Assembly (NCBI RefSeq): GCF_018350175.1 | Contig: NC_058377.1 | Coordinates: 14,570,001 to 14,634,000, forward strand | DNA length: 64,000 nt | Reading direction: 5' to 3' | Origin: Felis catus | Lineage: Eukaryota | Part shown: positions 25,427 through 38,956 of the stretch, piece by piece | Position numbering within the stretch: position 1 is the stretch's first letter | How the letters are laid out: each line of letters starts with the position of its first letter | Notes under the pieces: model-generated | Database searches by the model: none | What the model saw: only the letters and a program-made list of their open reading frames with translations | Told to the model about the DNA's origin: nothing | Program-made: the position numbers and the translations under genes

Positions 25427-25541
25427 CTGCTCGGTTCTGGGCACAGAGAGCAGACATTCAGCTTTATACTCCAGGGGCCTGGGCCTCTGGCAACAGTTGC
25501 CCTGAGTAAATACCACGTGGAGGTTCAAAGAAGGATGACCT
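25427..25541 (-). promoter_or_regulatory. APOA5 proximal promoter and tiny non-coding exon 1
   Basis: TATAAA at 25463-25468 (minus strand) and a donor CAG|GTGAGC ending exon 1 at 25427. E-box CACGTG at 25514-25519. IR8 AGGTCA-n8-TGAACC at 25522-25541, resembling the FXR/nuclear-receptor element described for human APOA5. Confidence 0.8.
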
Positions 25542-26489
25542 CAGCTGCCTCCCAGCACTCACCTCCTGCCCTTCCCTGGCACCCAGAGGGTTAATGAGTG
25601 CCCTGATTTCAGGGGGGCTCTCCAGCAGAAGAGTGAGGAGTAAGGCCGAACTCCTCACCCAGTTCCCCCCAAGCCCTGTGACCTTCAACCGTCCCACTGA
25701 CCAGCCAGCTGGCCCACCAACAGAGAAGAGCCTCTCTGCTAAGGGCCCTGCTCTTACTCAACTGCCCGAGGCCCTGTGCCCCAGCTAGACAGGGACGACG
25801 TCCAGGGGCCCGGCAGAACCTGAGCAGCTCTGGCCGGCTCCATCACTGGCTACTCAAGCAGCCTGGCGAGATCCAGATTTATAGAGTTAAGAACACTCCC
25901 ATCCTCCATGAAACAATCCTGGAACTGCTGGGAAGTCAGATGTGACGGGGAAGATGAGATGGTTAGAGGCACCTGGGTCCAAAGAATTAGAGCAAGAGGA
26001 GGATTCTTCCCACAGGAATACTCCACCCACAGGGCTAGGGAGGAGGGGAAGCCAGAGAGCCCAGACCTTTGTCTGACGTCACTCCCACTCCATAGACTTA
26101 GCCACACATTCCTGAACTCCTGATTTTTTTATTCTAAATGTACCTTGAATCGGCCCCCTCTCCTCCATTTCTACTACCAGTTACATCACAGCCCCTCTTG
26201 CCTCTCACCTCGATCACATTCATAGCCTCAGACAAGTCTCTCTGCCAAAGTCCTGCCTACTCAGTGTATTCTCTGCTGTGGCTCATCCCAACACACTCTG
26301 GTCTCATCTCCTACCACACAACACCCTTGGCATTCTCCAAGCACACGGTCTCTTTCAGGACCCTCAGCCTTCATACATGCTGTTCCCTCAGTTTGAAATT
26401 TCCTATCCCTTGGTGAACTTATGTTCTCTCTCTCTTCTCTCTCTCTCTCTTTTTTTCCAGACTTAGTTTGTATGAGTTAGGATTAGTTA

Positions 26490-27200
26490 GAATTACAATC
26501 CCACTTTTGGGTATACACCCAAAAGAGTTGAAAGCAGGAATTAGAGCAGATGTCTGTATGCCCATGTTCATAGCAGCATTATTCACAACAGTCAAAAGGT
26601 GGAAACAGCCCCAACTGTCCATTGGCAGATCAGTGGATATGCAAAACGCGGTATAGATACACAATGGAGCATTATGTAGCCTTAAAAGGGAAGGAAATTC
26701 TGATATATGTTATAACATGGATGAATCTTGATGACATTACGCTAAGTGTAATAAACGAGACACAAAAGGACAAATCTTGTATGCGTCCACTTAAATGGAG
26801 TACTTAAAATAGGCAGAGGCCGAAAGTAGATTAGAGGTGACCAGGGGCTGGGAGAGGGAGGACAAAGAGATAAATTGTTTAATGGCATAGAGCTTCTGTT
26901 TGGGAAGATGCCAAAGTTACTGGTGGTCGTTGCACAACAGTGTGAATGTACTTAATACCATTGAATAGTTGTGCACTTAAAAATGATAACTTTCAGGGTG
27001 GCTGGGTGGCTCAGTCGGTTAAGCATCCGACTCTGGCTTTTGGCTCAGTTCATGAGCTCATGGCCATGGGATGGAGCCCTGTGTAGGGTTCTGTGCTGAG
27101 CGTGGAGCCTGCTTAGGATTCTCTCTCCCTCTCTCTTCCCTTCCCCATTCTCAAAAATAAATAAACATTTTTTTAATGATGATTTTCATGTTATGCATAT
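26490..27200 (+). mobile_element. LINE-1 (L1M-type) 3' end with an inserted Can-SINE (~26996-27175)
   Basis: CAATCCCACTTTTGGGTATACACCCAAAAGA...CCCATGTTCATAGCAGCATTATTCACAA...AACATGGATGAATCTTG are L1 ORF2-end/3'UTR hallmarks. Confidence 0.85.
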
Positions 27201-27279
27201 CTTCCCATATGTTTTTTGAAAAGGCATTTTTTGTACTCTATTGGTTTTCGGAGAGGCTATGATATAAAACATAGCTGCA

Positions 27280-27740
27280 CTATAGTTTCTGTTTGCAAGT
27301 TAGTATCATCACCACCCCTTCCAAGGTCTTGTCCGTAATGCAGAAGAGACACCTGGAACCATATTTCCCAGAATCCCCTTTCTCCCATAGGCCTAGGTTA
27401 GAGTCGGTGTGAGAGGCAAGAGAAGAGACTGTTACTCTTCACTGGTAGTTGCAGGAAGATGCATAGGCAGACAGACGGGTTTTAAAACAGCTTCGGGATG
27501 ACCTTGTTAAGAAGCACACCCATTGGTTTCACAGACTAAGACAATTAGGTGAGCTTCTCATTTGTAGCTACTAACAGGTGAACTTTTTTGAGCGTCTCTC
27601 CTTCAAGCACAAGCTGAGACGGTCACTCCTCCAGCACTTCCAACAGCTTTAGCAACCTTTAATTCTCTGTATGAAAGCCTTTCATGCTTGAAATACATAG
27701 AGTCGCTTCTGTTTTTTCTGACTGAATCTACATTAATACA
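27280..27740 (+). mobile_element. Probable old ERVL-type solo LTR (LTR33/LTR16-like)
   Basis: CATATTTCCCAGAATCCCCTT motif and 3' end CTTCTGTTTTTTCTGACTGAATCTACATTAATACA. Confidence 0.5.
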
Positions 27741-27919
27741 ATAGGTGGATACAAGACACACTCGTGCTTCCCTATTTGCTACCATCATATGGTTTTAGTT
27801 TCTGTAACATTTGGGTTGGTTGGCGGTCTTTGCACATGTGTATGTGTTACATGCTTTGTGGGTGGAACCATTTGAAATAATGGTAGACAGCAAACATCTC
27901 CTAAGAATAAAGACAATTC

Positions 27920-28161
27920 TTTTTTTTTTAAAAGTTATCCTTATTTTAAAAATTTTTTAATGTTTATTTATTTTTAAGAGAGAGTGACAGAACACGAGCA
28001 GGGGAGGGCAGAGAGAGAGGGAGACACAGAATCCAAAGCAGGTTCCAGGCTCTGAGCTGTCAGCACTGAGCCCAACGTGGGGCTCAAACTCATGAACCAC
28101 CGCGAGATCATGACCTGAGCCGAAGTCAGAGGCTTAACTGACTGAACCACCCAGGCACCCC
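27920..28161 (-). mobile_element. Can-SINE
   Basis: Reverse body with TSD AAGAATAAAGACAATT. Confidence 0.9.
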
Positions 28162-31100
28162 AAGAATAAAGACAATTTTACATAAATACTATTATCACAC
28201 CATGACAATTAACATAATTCTTTAGTGTCACCTAACATATACTGAATATTCAAATTTTCCCAATTCTCCCAAAATGCCATTTGTATCTATTTTTTCCTTT
28301 TTTATTTTTCTTTTTAAATTCAGGATCCAGCACATCATATCAGATTGTCATGCCCCTATGGTCTTTTTTCATTTAGAACAATACTCCCTAACCCTTGACA
28401 TTCACTTCTTTCAAAGAGTCCAGGGGAGATGTCTTATTAAATGTTCTGGATTTGACTGACTGTTTCCTTATCATTACATTCAGGTTAAACATTTTTTGTT
28501 TTGCATCTTTGGATGTGAAAACAAGTTTCCTACAAGCCCTTTCTTACAGAAGAAATCAGCTACTACATGTAGATGGGATATAATCTTTTTTAAAAATTAC
28601 GGTTTTTGCCGTCCTCAGATAATTGATTCAAGCAAGGATCATCAATGACTGGTAAAACCATAAGGCGAAAAATTATTGGGCAAAGGGATGCTCACATGCC
28701 TTCAAAGTATCACCCCACAGATGGATGACTCACCAATTACTAAATGTGCTTTTACAATGAAGAAATCTGGTGGATCATTTTAACCAAGTGATCAAACTTA
28801 GCGTCACCAAATAGCGGGAAAACCTAACATTTTGTACCCCCAGAGGTGGTGAAATGAGAAGGGCCCAGCTATGAAATATTTTAAACCAGATAATTTCCAC
28901 ATGAACTTGTTTGCATTTCCTTTTTCTTCATGTTTCTTTGTTGCTTAGTATCTGATGTTCTCAGCTGAATTTTTAGAAGAGAATTACCCATTTGGTTTTT
29001 TTTTTTTAATCCAGGGATTGCCAACATAATCTGGATATCAAGTAAAAATAATTTTAAAATGTATATTTGTAAAGATTAAAAGGTACCTTATTCTTTAATG
29101 TTCTGTATTAGCAGTTTTGCTATGAACACATGAAATACACAAGTATATGGATTTCAAATAAAATCTCAACATGCACCAAATGAGAAGATTTCTTAGGCAG
29201 TCTTCCTCATGTGACCTGTCATTTATAAAGGGACAATAGTGACTCCTTACTCTAAATACATAATTTCCAGACTTATGGGGTTACCTCTTAATAAACGCAT
29301 CCCAAACTGAAAATGGTTGTGGTAAGTCAAACTTGCTGCGAACTGTCCTCCTTCAGTCTTGTCTTCCAATAACTCAGGTGTAAACTGAGATGAAGCAGTT
29401 GTTACTCAGTGTGACCGCAGTTCCCAGGTTCCGTCTCAGAACACACCAGGGACAGGGATAAAACAGAGTAAGCATTCATGATGGATCCATTTTATGTGGT
29501 TTATAGTGCTCTCACCAGGCCTAAATGGAAGTCTGTTTAAAAAACAATAGCAAATATATACCTCACATGCACTAAAAAAAAAAAACCCAAAAGGTATTTA
29601 ACATGGCATTGAAATAGCCAAGCATGTTTAGTAGTGACCTGTGCAATCTTTTTTTTCTTTGTCTTGAAAGATGTATTTGCATTATTTGTCAAAAAGAAAA
29701 GTAATTAAATAGGCCATCTAGAAGTGGAAACATATAGTCATTAAAATGAAAAGAAAATCATGCGTCTACAGTTGGAGAAAGAATTAGTACACTAGAAGGT
29801 TGATGTGAGAAAAATCACCCGGAAAGAACCATAAAGAGAAGGAAAATATGAAATGGAAGGTAAGAGACATGGAAGACAGAATGAGAAGGTCCAATACATG
29901 CCTACCAGGATTTCTACAATGACAATAGAGAGACTTTGGTAGAGGCAACATTCCAAAAAAGACAGCTGAGAAATTTTCAAAATTGAAGAAAGATATGACC
30001 TGAATTCTCAGCTGCAGGAAGCATCCTTGAGTCTTGAGTAGGATAAATGAAAACAAAATCCAGACCAAAGCACATTGTCATGAGTGTGAAGAACATCAAA
30101 GACCAAGTAGCTTAAAATCAAGCAAAGAGAAAGGACTACAAATGAAAATGGCCAAACCGACGGCTGATCTGTCAGTAATATATCTTCAAAAAAACCAAAG
30201 GTAAATTAATGGCCAACCAAGAATTATACTCAAGTGAACTGTTATTATTTAAATGTAACAAGTTAACTTCCGAGAAGAGCCTAGAGCATTGATCACTCAC
30301 AAATCCTCACTAAAAACGAAAGAAAACTCAGAGAGGAGTGGGGGTACAAATAGACACAGAGGAAGGAATGAAATTACTAAATGTTTAGGTAAATTGAAAA
30401 TGTGTTCGTGATTTTAAACGACTTTCTATAAATGTGTGTTATCTATTTAAACATACATACACTTAAAATTACTTCTTTGCAACTAAAATTTGGTTCAGTA
30501 TTGGCAACTTCATATAGTCCAACCTAACATAAAATACCTTTAAATGTAGTTTAGTCTTATTCCCTGCTGTGTTTCCGGTGCTTAGAACATCGCTTGTCAC
30601 ATGGCAGGGGGCGTCAATAAATATGTATTGCTGAAGGGATTACTTTGGAGGAAGTGATATAAACAACGAGGATCTCAAATATCAGACCAAAGAAGCCTAG
30701 AAAATCGGAAAGCGGAGATCAAAGTTAAAGCATTCTACAGTCTTTGCATTATTCAGCAAGAAGATAGGGATATTGATTATCTTTTAGACTTTGTTAGGTC
30801 AAGCAGGAATATTAAAATTTTAAGGATAACCCATTAAAAGAATACAAAGGATGTACAGCTTTCAAACTAGTATATGGGAATGAGACTAAAGAACATCAGA
30901 TTGACTTTTAGTAAACGATGGTGGATTGATTGCATGCATTAGCCTGCAGTCTTTTCTTGAAATCCCAATAAAGCCGCATTATAGGGCACTTTAAAAAATG
31001 CATAAATTCACAAAGAGAATAGGAGACAGGATATTTTGGAAGTTGGACAGCTTCCATGTGCTCAAATGGGCATCTTTTTAGATACACCTAAAAAGATGAG

Positions 31101-32055
31101 TTTTACAGCAGCATTGGAGAAACCCAAGAAACCCCCTGATTTGTACCACTGAATGCCCCGAAAGTTCAGACATAAGAGGTGATAGGCCTTTCTAGAAACA
31201 TGGATGACAATGGAGCTAAAGATATGGCAAGTGGCTGCAAGTCTGTCTGAAAAGCAGATGTGCTCCCCAACTTCACTCAGCTGGATTACTGACCTTCCCC
31301 CCAAAGCAGCAGGAAACCAGATGTTTATTCCCAAAGAGGGTAAGAGGGGTCTCTGGCCTGGAGAAAACAAGGTATTATTGGGACCAGCATTCTTATACCC
31401 CAAAAAAAGAGGATTTAAGTAAAACTTTATATACTAAATTATGAAATGCCTCCCTTTCACATCACATTTGGCCAAAATGTTGGTCAGTTAGACCTTACCC
31501 TCCAGGAAGGAGACTAGAACATTCTCCTGAGAAATATGACTACACCAAGAAAATAGGCAAAAAGAAACACTTTGGGGGGTTCTTTGTGGTCAAGATGGTC
31601 CATCCTAATGTGACTCATGGATGCAAGGGTTCATATCACCTTCATTTTTTTTCTTCTATTTTACTATGAAAATTTTCAACCATACAGAAGAGTTGAAAGT
31701 ACAGTGACCATCCTTAAAATCACCACGTAGGTGAGTTTATTAATTGCATATTAATAATATAGTAATTAATATTTTGCTGTTTGCTTCCTCTCTCTATATA
31801 TATGTATTTCATATGTATGCTTGATTTCTGCTTCCTAGCCTGCTTCCCTATATTCCAAATTTACACAACTGGGTAAGAATCTGGGGATAAATTACTGAAA
31901 AGTATAGAAAATCAAATAAACCACAACAAAGGACAATTATTAACTGCAAGTAGAAAAAAAGTACTGGAAAAATTACCATTATAAACCACATATGAATAGC
32001 ATATACATAATCATGGCTATGATATTGTAGTTTGAATAAGACCTATGATATAATA

Positions 32056-32451
32056 GAGGCAACTGGGTTGATCAGTGGGTTAAGTATCTGACTCTTTTTT
32101 TTTTTCTTTTCTTTTTTTTTTTTTTCAACGTTTTTTTATTTATTTTTGGGACAGAGAGAGACAGAGCATGAACGGGGGAGGGGCAGAGAGAGAGGGAGAC
32201 ACAGAATCGGAAACAGCCTCCAGGCTCTGAGCCATCAGCCCAGAGCCTGATGCGGGGCTCGAAATCACGGACCATGAGATCGTGACCTGGCTGAAGTCGG
32301 ACGCTTAACCGACTGCGCCACCCAGGCGCCCCAAGTATCTGACTCTTGATCTCAGCTCAGGTTTTGATCTCAGCTCAGGTCTTGATCTCAGGGTCGTGAG
32401 TTTAAGTCCTGCCCAGTGTGGAACCTACTTAAAAAAAAAAAAAAAAAAAAA
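32056..32451. mobile_element. Nested SINEs: young SINEC_Fc (-, 32097-32332) inside an older Can-SINE (+)
   Basis: Inner TSD AAGTATCTGACTCTT at 32082-32096 and 32333-32347. Outer TSD AAGAC(C/T)TATGATATAATA at 32038-32055 and 32452-32469. Confidence 0.92.
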
Positions 32452-33331
32452 AAGACTTATGATATAATAAATTGGAAGGCAGGGGACAGGAAGTGGTGTG
32501 TATGTGTGTGTGTTGTTTGCAAGGTGTGTATATGTGAAAGAGAACCCCATTTTCTTTGGCCATAGTGGACAATCATAAGCCTAAAGATAAGATACACCTA
32601 AAACTGGAAAATCAGAGAGTAATAACATAGAATTTGCTAAGATCCAAAAGAGGTTTTTGCAGAGTGGAAAACGGGGATGAGCTTCAGGATTTTTTACTTT
32701 TTTATCCCAACTTGGAGAATTGTTTGATTCTTTAAACTGTGTAGTTTGACAAAATAAAAACTAAATTTAAAAGTGCATACAATTATTTTTTAAAGGAACA
32801 TAACAAAACCAGTAGAAGTGCGAGCAGAAAGATAAAAGGTGCAAAAAAAAACAAAACCCCATGGTAAATAGAAGATACAAAATAATATGATAGAAACAAA
32901 TCAGTAATCACAATAGAAGGGGATAGATTAAACCAGTCCATAGAGTATCAGCTCTGGAGCTACATTGTGTGGGTAACAATGCTGATATGGATTAGCTCTG
33001 TGACCTTAGGCAAATTACTTAACTTCTCTGTGCTTCAGTTTCCTTATTAGCAAACTGGGAATAATTATAGTACTTCCCACATAGGTTCTGTGAGAAATAA
33101 GCACTTTAATATATTAACAAATGAAATAAAAATACTGAGAGCAAAGCTTGGCACATAGTAAGTGCTGCATAAGAGTTTACTCTTGTTATTGGTAACAATT
33201 AGATTTATAAAAATTAGATGTTAAAAAATTCCAGTCATTTACTACATAAAGGGGCATAATGAAACTGTAACATCAAAGAAAAACTAAAAATATGGCAGAG
33301 GAGAGGGACTTTAAAAAGACATACGAGACAA

Positions 33332-33532
33332 TGGGGCACCTGGGTTGCTCAGTCAGTTGAGCATCCTGCTTTGGCTTAGGTCATGATCTCGCAGTTCGTG
33401 GGTTCAAGCCCCGCGTCGGGTTCTGTGCCTGGAGCCTGCTTCAGATTCTGTCTCCCTCTGTCTCTGCCCCTCCCCGCTCATGCTCTGTCTCTGTTGCTCA
33501 ACAATAAATAAATGTTAAAAAAAATTTTTTTT
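33332..33532 (+). mobile_element. Can-SINE
   Basis: Head GGGGCACCTGGGTTGCTCAG; TSD AAAGACATAC(G/C)AGACAA. Confidence 0.88.
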
Positions 33533-36500
33533 AAAGACATACCAGACAAAAATAATGAAAAGAATGAATATATAACAATATAATATCAGAACATGTAAGC
33601 TTGGGGGCAAAGAGGATTAACAGAAAGAAAAAATTTATCAAGGATAAAACATTTACCAGGACCATAAAACTTAACATCATACCCTCAAAAGACATAAACC
33701 AAAACACTGCCGAGGCTCAAAGAGAACTCAACACATTTGCTGAGAGATTTTAGTACCATTTTCTCAAAATGGATAGAATCACAGAAAAATAAGAATGTGA
33801 AAAACAGGCAAGAAACTTGATGTGGAAAGAACCCTGTACCTCAGGAAATACAGAATCCTTATCATAACTGCATACACACTAGGCCTCAAGGGAAATCCAA
33901 GTATTGTTTTTAATAGGAAAATAATAATAATACAATAAATAATAATAATAACTTAATAATACGTAACAAATTTAAAAATTTTTTTTAAAAGGAAAGAAAA
34001 ACAACCTAAATGTCCATCAGTAGACGGATGGATAAATTCTGGTATATTCACAGAATGGAGTACTATATTCGCTGGTAACAATGAATACATTATATACAGA
34101 GAGACAGGGATATATCCCCAAAACAATATAAAGTGAAAGAAAGCTAATTGCAAGATGATACAAACAATTTTATATTGTTTACATAAATTCTTATGGCATG
34201 TGAAACAGCACTGCTCATGATTTGTACATACATACTTATGTATGAAAGAATAAAACCGTGGATGGAAGGGAGACTCACCAGCCTCAGTCTCATGAGAGCT
34301 CTGAGGGAACGGAAATGGATGGGGGGAGGAACAACAGGGACTTTTGCTCTATCTGCCACATTTTGTTTCTTAAAAAAGAAAAAAAAAATTCTAAAGACAA
34401 AAACATTAGTGCTTGTCAAATCTTGATAAAGAGGGCGTGGGCATTAGTCATACTATCCTGTGTACTTTTATGAGTGCTTGAAATAGTTCATTAGGAGATT
34501 TTAAAGAGAAGCAAGAAGTCCTCCGCGTCAAATGGCTGGAGAGAGAAAGGAAGGTAAAGGCTGAGTGAGGCGTATCCCTGGGTTTTGTCCATGAGAGGCT
34601 CCCGTGAGCCCAGCAGAAGCAGAGGCGGTGGGCCGGTGGATGCAGAAGCGCCAGGCCATGGAGACCTGAGCAGAAAGGAAGAAAGGAAGGGACCTGAGCA
34701 GCCCTGGGGTAGCTGCTTTGGGGAAGGGGACAGAGACTTGAGCAGGAACTCACAGAAGGCTGACCAGACCCTAGCCACGGGCCCACTGAGAGCGGGAGGC
34801 CTTGACTTCACAATGGTATAAATTGGAGCAGGATTTTCTCTAACGGGGCTCCACAAAGTGAAGCTGGAAAAGCAGAAGCCGGCTTGATTCTGGATGCGGT
34901 TTTGCTGGAGGAATGAAAGAGGAAGACAGGGGATCTCAGGGAATCTCAGCAAGAGACTTCAAGCACTGGGCAGGGTGGAGGGTGAGGCCAGAGCCCAGGA
35001 AGGGGGTGAGGGAGGCAGCGAGAAAACAGAGGGCTGGTGATGTGCCTGGCAAGGGGGGTGCTGGAGAGAAACGTGCTAGAGGCAGAGCAGTTCAAGTGTT
35101 TGCTCACCTGAAATGAGATGGAGGAAAAGGATGCCAAAATTGAGGTCAAGGAGCTGAGAGGGGAGCATTTGGCTGCATTTTCCACATGGATTTGATATCC
35201 CTTGCACGAAGGCAAGCTCCCAGGAGAAGAGATAGATGCTCAACTAGGAGCCAAGCACACAGTCTCCATGCATGTGGAAATCAGCACTAAGCGCAAGTAG
35301 GGAGTGTAGCCAGATAGAACCAGCCTCAAAGATTTAGGGGTCTGGAAACAGCAGCCAGGCCTGAAGAACACGAAGGAAGGCTACAGGGAAACCAGGTGTC
35401 CTGAGCAAAGACCAGCTTCCAGCAAAGGCCAAGAAGTGGAGGCTGAAGACAAAGGGGTTTGTTCCAGAGGGTGAAGAAAGAAGCAATATGCATGGCAGGG
35501 GTAAAGGCTTGGAGGCAGAAAGCCATGCCATCGTAGCATGGGGGCGGGGTGGGGGGGGGGTTTGGAAATGAGGGAGGGCTCAGTCTGGCCAGCACTCAGC
35601 AGCGGAACAGCCTGGGAAGAAAGCCTACGAAACACCTGCGAGTGTCCCTGCCCTCTGAGCCCAATAGGATTTGAAAAACTTGATCACAGTGACTCCTCTA
35701 TTGAGCGCCTGCCATGTGCCCAACATTTACCTTTACTACCTGTAACGCTCCAAAGTAGGTATTGTTATCCTCATTTTACTTACAGAGAAACTGAGGCTCA
35801 GAAAGATTCGGTCACTTGCTCAGGGTCTTGCCCTGCACCAATCCCAGGTCTGTCTGACTTTGGAGTCCATGCTCAATGCACCACCTCACGCTCAGGATGA
35901 GAGAACCCTGCTCCTGGGACTGGAATCACAACAGCCTCTACACTTCTTGCTGGGAGAAGCCAGGAACCCACTGTGCTCAGTAGAAAGCCAGATCCTGCCC
36001 CTTCATCCCAAGGGGTTTACAATTTGGGACAAAGAGGGCTGTTGAAACACGGGGAAGCCAGGGTCCATGTGTAAGCTGATGTAGACACAGGAACAGCGGC
36101 TCAGGGCCAGCCAGGGGAAGGACAGCCAAGCCCAGGGACACCTGTCAAGTTACCACAGGGAGTGGAGTCCACCTCTCCCTCCTTATCCTATCCCATACTT
36201 AACATGCCCCCCTCTGTTCTCCTCCTCTCCTGCCTGTCCTCGCAGAGATAGAACCAGCTCTAGCTACGGCCAGAACAACAAGTCCTTACGGCTTTAGCCT
36301 TGTCACTGTGACCTGTTTACCCTCCACAGTCCATGATCTATCATGTCTGAGAGATTCCCACCTGCTGGTGATGTAACAGCTTGGTGGGGCCAGTGACGTG
36401 AACTCTAATACCACGAAATGTACTGGGCACATTCTGAGTCAACAAAGTGCTGGTGTGCCAACGAGATAAGGGTTTTCATTGTTTATTTGTTTGGGTTTTG

Positions 36501-36556
36501 TTTACACATACCCTTTTCCATCTCCAAAGATCTGAGGCTACTGGCAGTCAAAATTG

Positions 36557-36565
36557 AGATGATGA

Positions 36566-36597
<32 letters not shown>
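36557..36597. repeat. Compound (GAT)n(GGT)n microsatellite
   Basis: GATGATGATGATGATGATGATGATGATGGTGGTGGTGGTG. Confidence 0.95.
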
Positions 36598-37364
36598 ACA
36601 GGAACAGTGAAAATAAAAATAATAACACAAAACCATAATCTGATAAGACACAAGATCTAAAAGACAATCACAGAGGCAATTAGGTATGAGAAGGTTGTAA
36701 TTGTTGACTTCATATTGGTTTGGGTTTTCTGGAAGCCCATGAAGCGAGAAATTCAATCAGTTACATTATTGTCATACTCAGAAGAAGGAAGCGCACCAGA
36801 CTCAAACAGAAAATAAAGCTTTTCCAAACACAGAATAGCTAACTAAATATCCCCGTGGGACTTTATATACAGGGACCTTAGAATTGTAGCAAAAAGTCCC
36901 TGGTCATTGGCAATTTTGCATAAGATCAAGGTGAGGTTGCCCAAGTATCTAAGCTTCTGGTGGCCTGACAAGATCTATGGCTGGAACCAAGAGCGCCTTG
37001 GCATGTTGAAGTGGGAAGTCCTGTCTATTAAAATATTAACATTAATAGGTTTTCATTTTGTTAATATGTAAAAGACTAGTACAATGTAGAAAAGTATAAA
37101 ATACAGAGAAGCACAATTATATATAATCACCCATAACTCCACCATCGGCTCTTGTATATTCTTCCATATTTTTTTTATCTAGGCATATATTTACTTTCAT
37201 TTTTGACAATTCACTTTTATAGTATCAAGCTGTCCAGTAACCTGACTTACCTTTTCAAGAGATATCATACTTATGCATCCATGTCAATACATGTTCACTC
37301 ACAATATGATTTTCAGTGGAGGTGAATACGGACATACCAATAATTTAACAATCCCGTCTTCAAC

Positions 37365-37593
37365 ATTGTTTTGTTTTTTATTTTTTTTTTCAACACTTAT
37401 TTATTTTTGGGACAGAGAGAGACAGAGCATGAACGGGGGAGGGGCAGAGAGAGAGGGAGACACAGAATCGGAAACAGGCTCCAGGCTCTGAGCCATCAGC
37501 CCAGGGCCCGACGCGGGGCTCGAACTCACGGACCGCGAGATCGTGACCTGGCTGAAGTCGGACGCTTAACCGACTGCGCCACCCAGGCGCCCC
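37365..37593 (-). mobile_element. Young SINEC_Fc-type SINE
   Basis: Near-identical to the other young copies; ends CCCAGGCGCCCC. Confidence 0.93.
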
Positions 37594-38956
37594 TTGTTTT
37601 TGATTTTTAAAACAGCACTGCAATGGACATCTTTATAGCTAAATGCATGCATTCCATGGTGATTGCCTTAACATAATTTTTAAATAGGAGAACATTTTCT
37701 GAACAGATACATTCCTATTCGCAAACCCTTTGCAACAATTCTGAAGACCTCCCAGGTAGGTTGGAACCAGTGGCTTAGACCTCAGAGGCATAGATGCACC
37801 ACAAAGCTCTCAATGATCTTCCATCTATGCTACTTTTGTGGTCTTCCAGATAAACATGGAAAAATGAATGCATGTATCTAATTTCACTTTTTTTCTGAAA
37901 CCTCCCTCAAACTATGGTAAAGAGATTTTTTTTTAAGAAAAGACTTAGACCCATAGGACCAGGAAGGATAGACGAAAAGGTGCCAGCAGGACAGTAAAGG
38001 TAGAAAATAGGCAGACCCTTTGCAATTGATTCAGCAGTCCTGAGAGAGCGGATGGTAAGTTGGCAGCGGGGAAAGGTGAGTTCCCACCTTTTTTTTTTAT
38101 CACACTGAATTAACAAAAGGCTTAAGGAATTAGAGTAGATCTGCAGCTAGCCTACGTTGCACCTGTGTGTGAATTAGAACTGACCTCCACATTCTCAAGA
38201 CACACTACTGCCATCTGCCAGAAACTTGTCATAATCAATACACAATTCAATAATGTCCCTAGTGTGAGAAAGGTGTCCTCAGAATTGGGCAGTGCACAGC
38301 TTGTACAGACATACATAACAGCCCTGAACGCAAGGCACCAGTTACCGCTAGAGGTGAATGAAGAGGCTGTTGTAAAATAGGAAAGATTGGTTGAAATTAT
38401 TTAAAGAGCAGGTAAAACTTTAGCTCCTTTATCTCACCTTAGCAAAGACTGGAGGTTTATTTTCTGAAAAGGGAAAAACTAAAAAAGAAAGTCAGGCAGA
38501 GTTGAGAACAGGGATGCTATGCTAGAAATAAAGGGATTAAATCAAAGGATGCCCTCTGAATGCTGAGCCCCATCCTGCTTCTTCCACTGAGCCCCAAGAA
38601 CACTGGTATCCAGGCCTTTACCCTCCAGGCAGGAAAGTGAGAGAAACTTCCTAAGGACACATGACCAACTCAAAAGGAAATACCTAAATATTTCTACATT
38701 AGGAGTTCCCCAACTGAACATTCCAGAGGATCATCCAACAGTGAGGCTCACAGCCAATGAGTGCCACTCATGTACTTGGAGCTTCAAACCAGCTTTAAAA
38801 TCCTGACTCTTAAATTTAAGCAGACAAGCAAACATTACCAGTTGTTTGAGGACAGATCCTAATGTGAAAGACAGAGACCCAAAACAAACATTTCAAAAAG
38901 AACTTGAAGAAAACCAAAGCTATACAGAAAGAACACTTAAAAATACCATGAATATT

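Larger units (their letters stand above)
29700..34480 (+). mobile_element. Patchwork of old LINE-1 fragments (ORF1-like ~29700-30300, 5'-region-like ~31100-31600, ORF2/3' end ~33540-34480) interrupted by SINE/MIR
   Basis: A-rich degenerate L1 motifs, e.g. AGAATGAGAAGGTCCAATACATG, AGCTGAGAAATTTTCAAAATTGAAGAAAGA and AACAACCTAAATGTCCATCAGTAGACGGATGGATAAA. Boundaries approximate. Confidence 0.6.

Noticed and set aside
31200-38830. Similar segments at ~31490-31530 and ~38615-38650 (CCTTACCCTCCAGG...) suggesting a local duplication
   Set aside because: Both sit in L1-like context and are better explained as independent old L1 5'-region fragments. The similarity is short and diverged.
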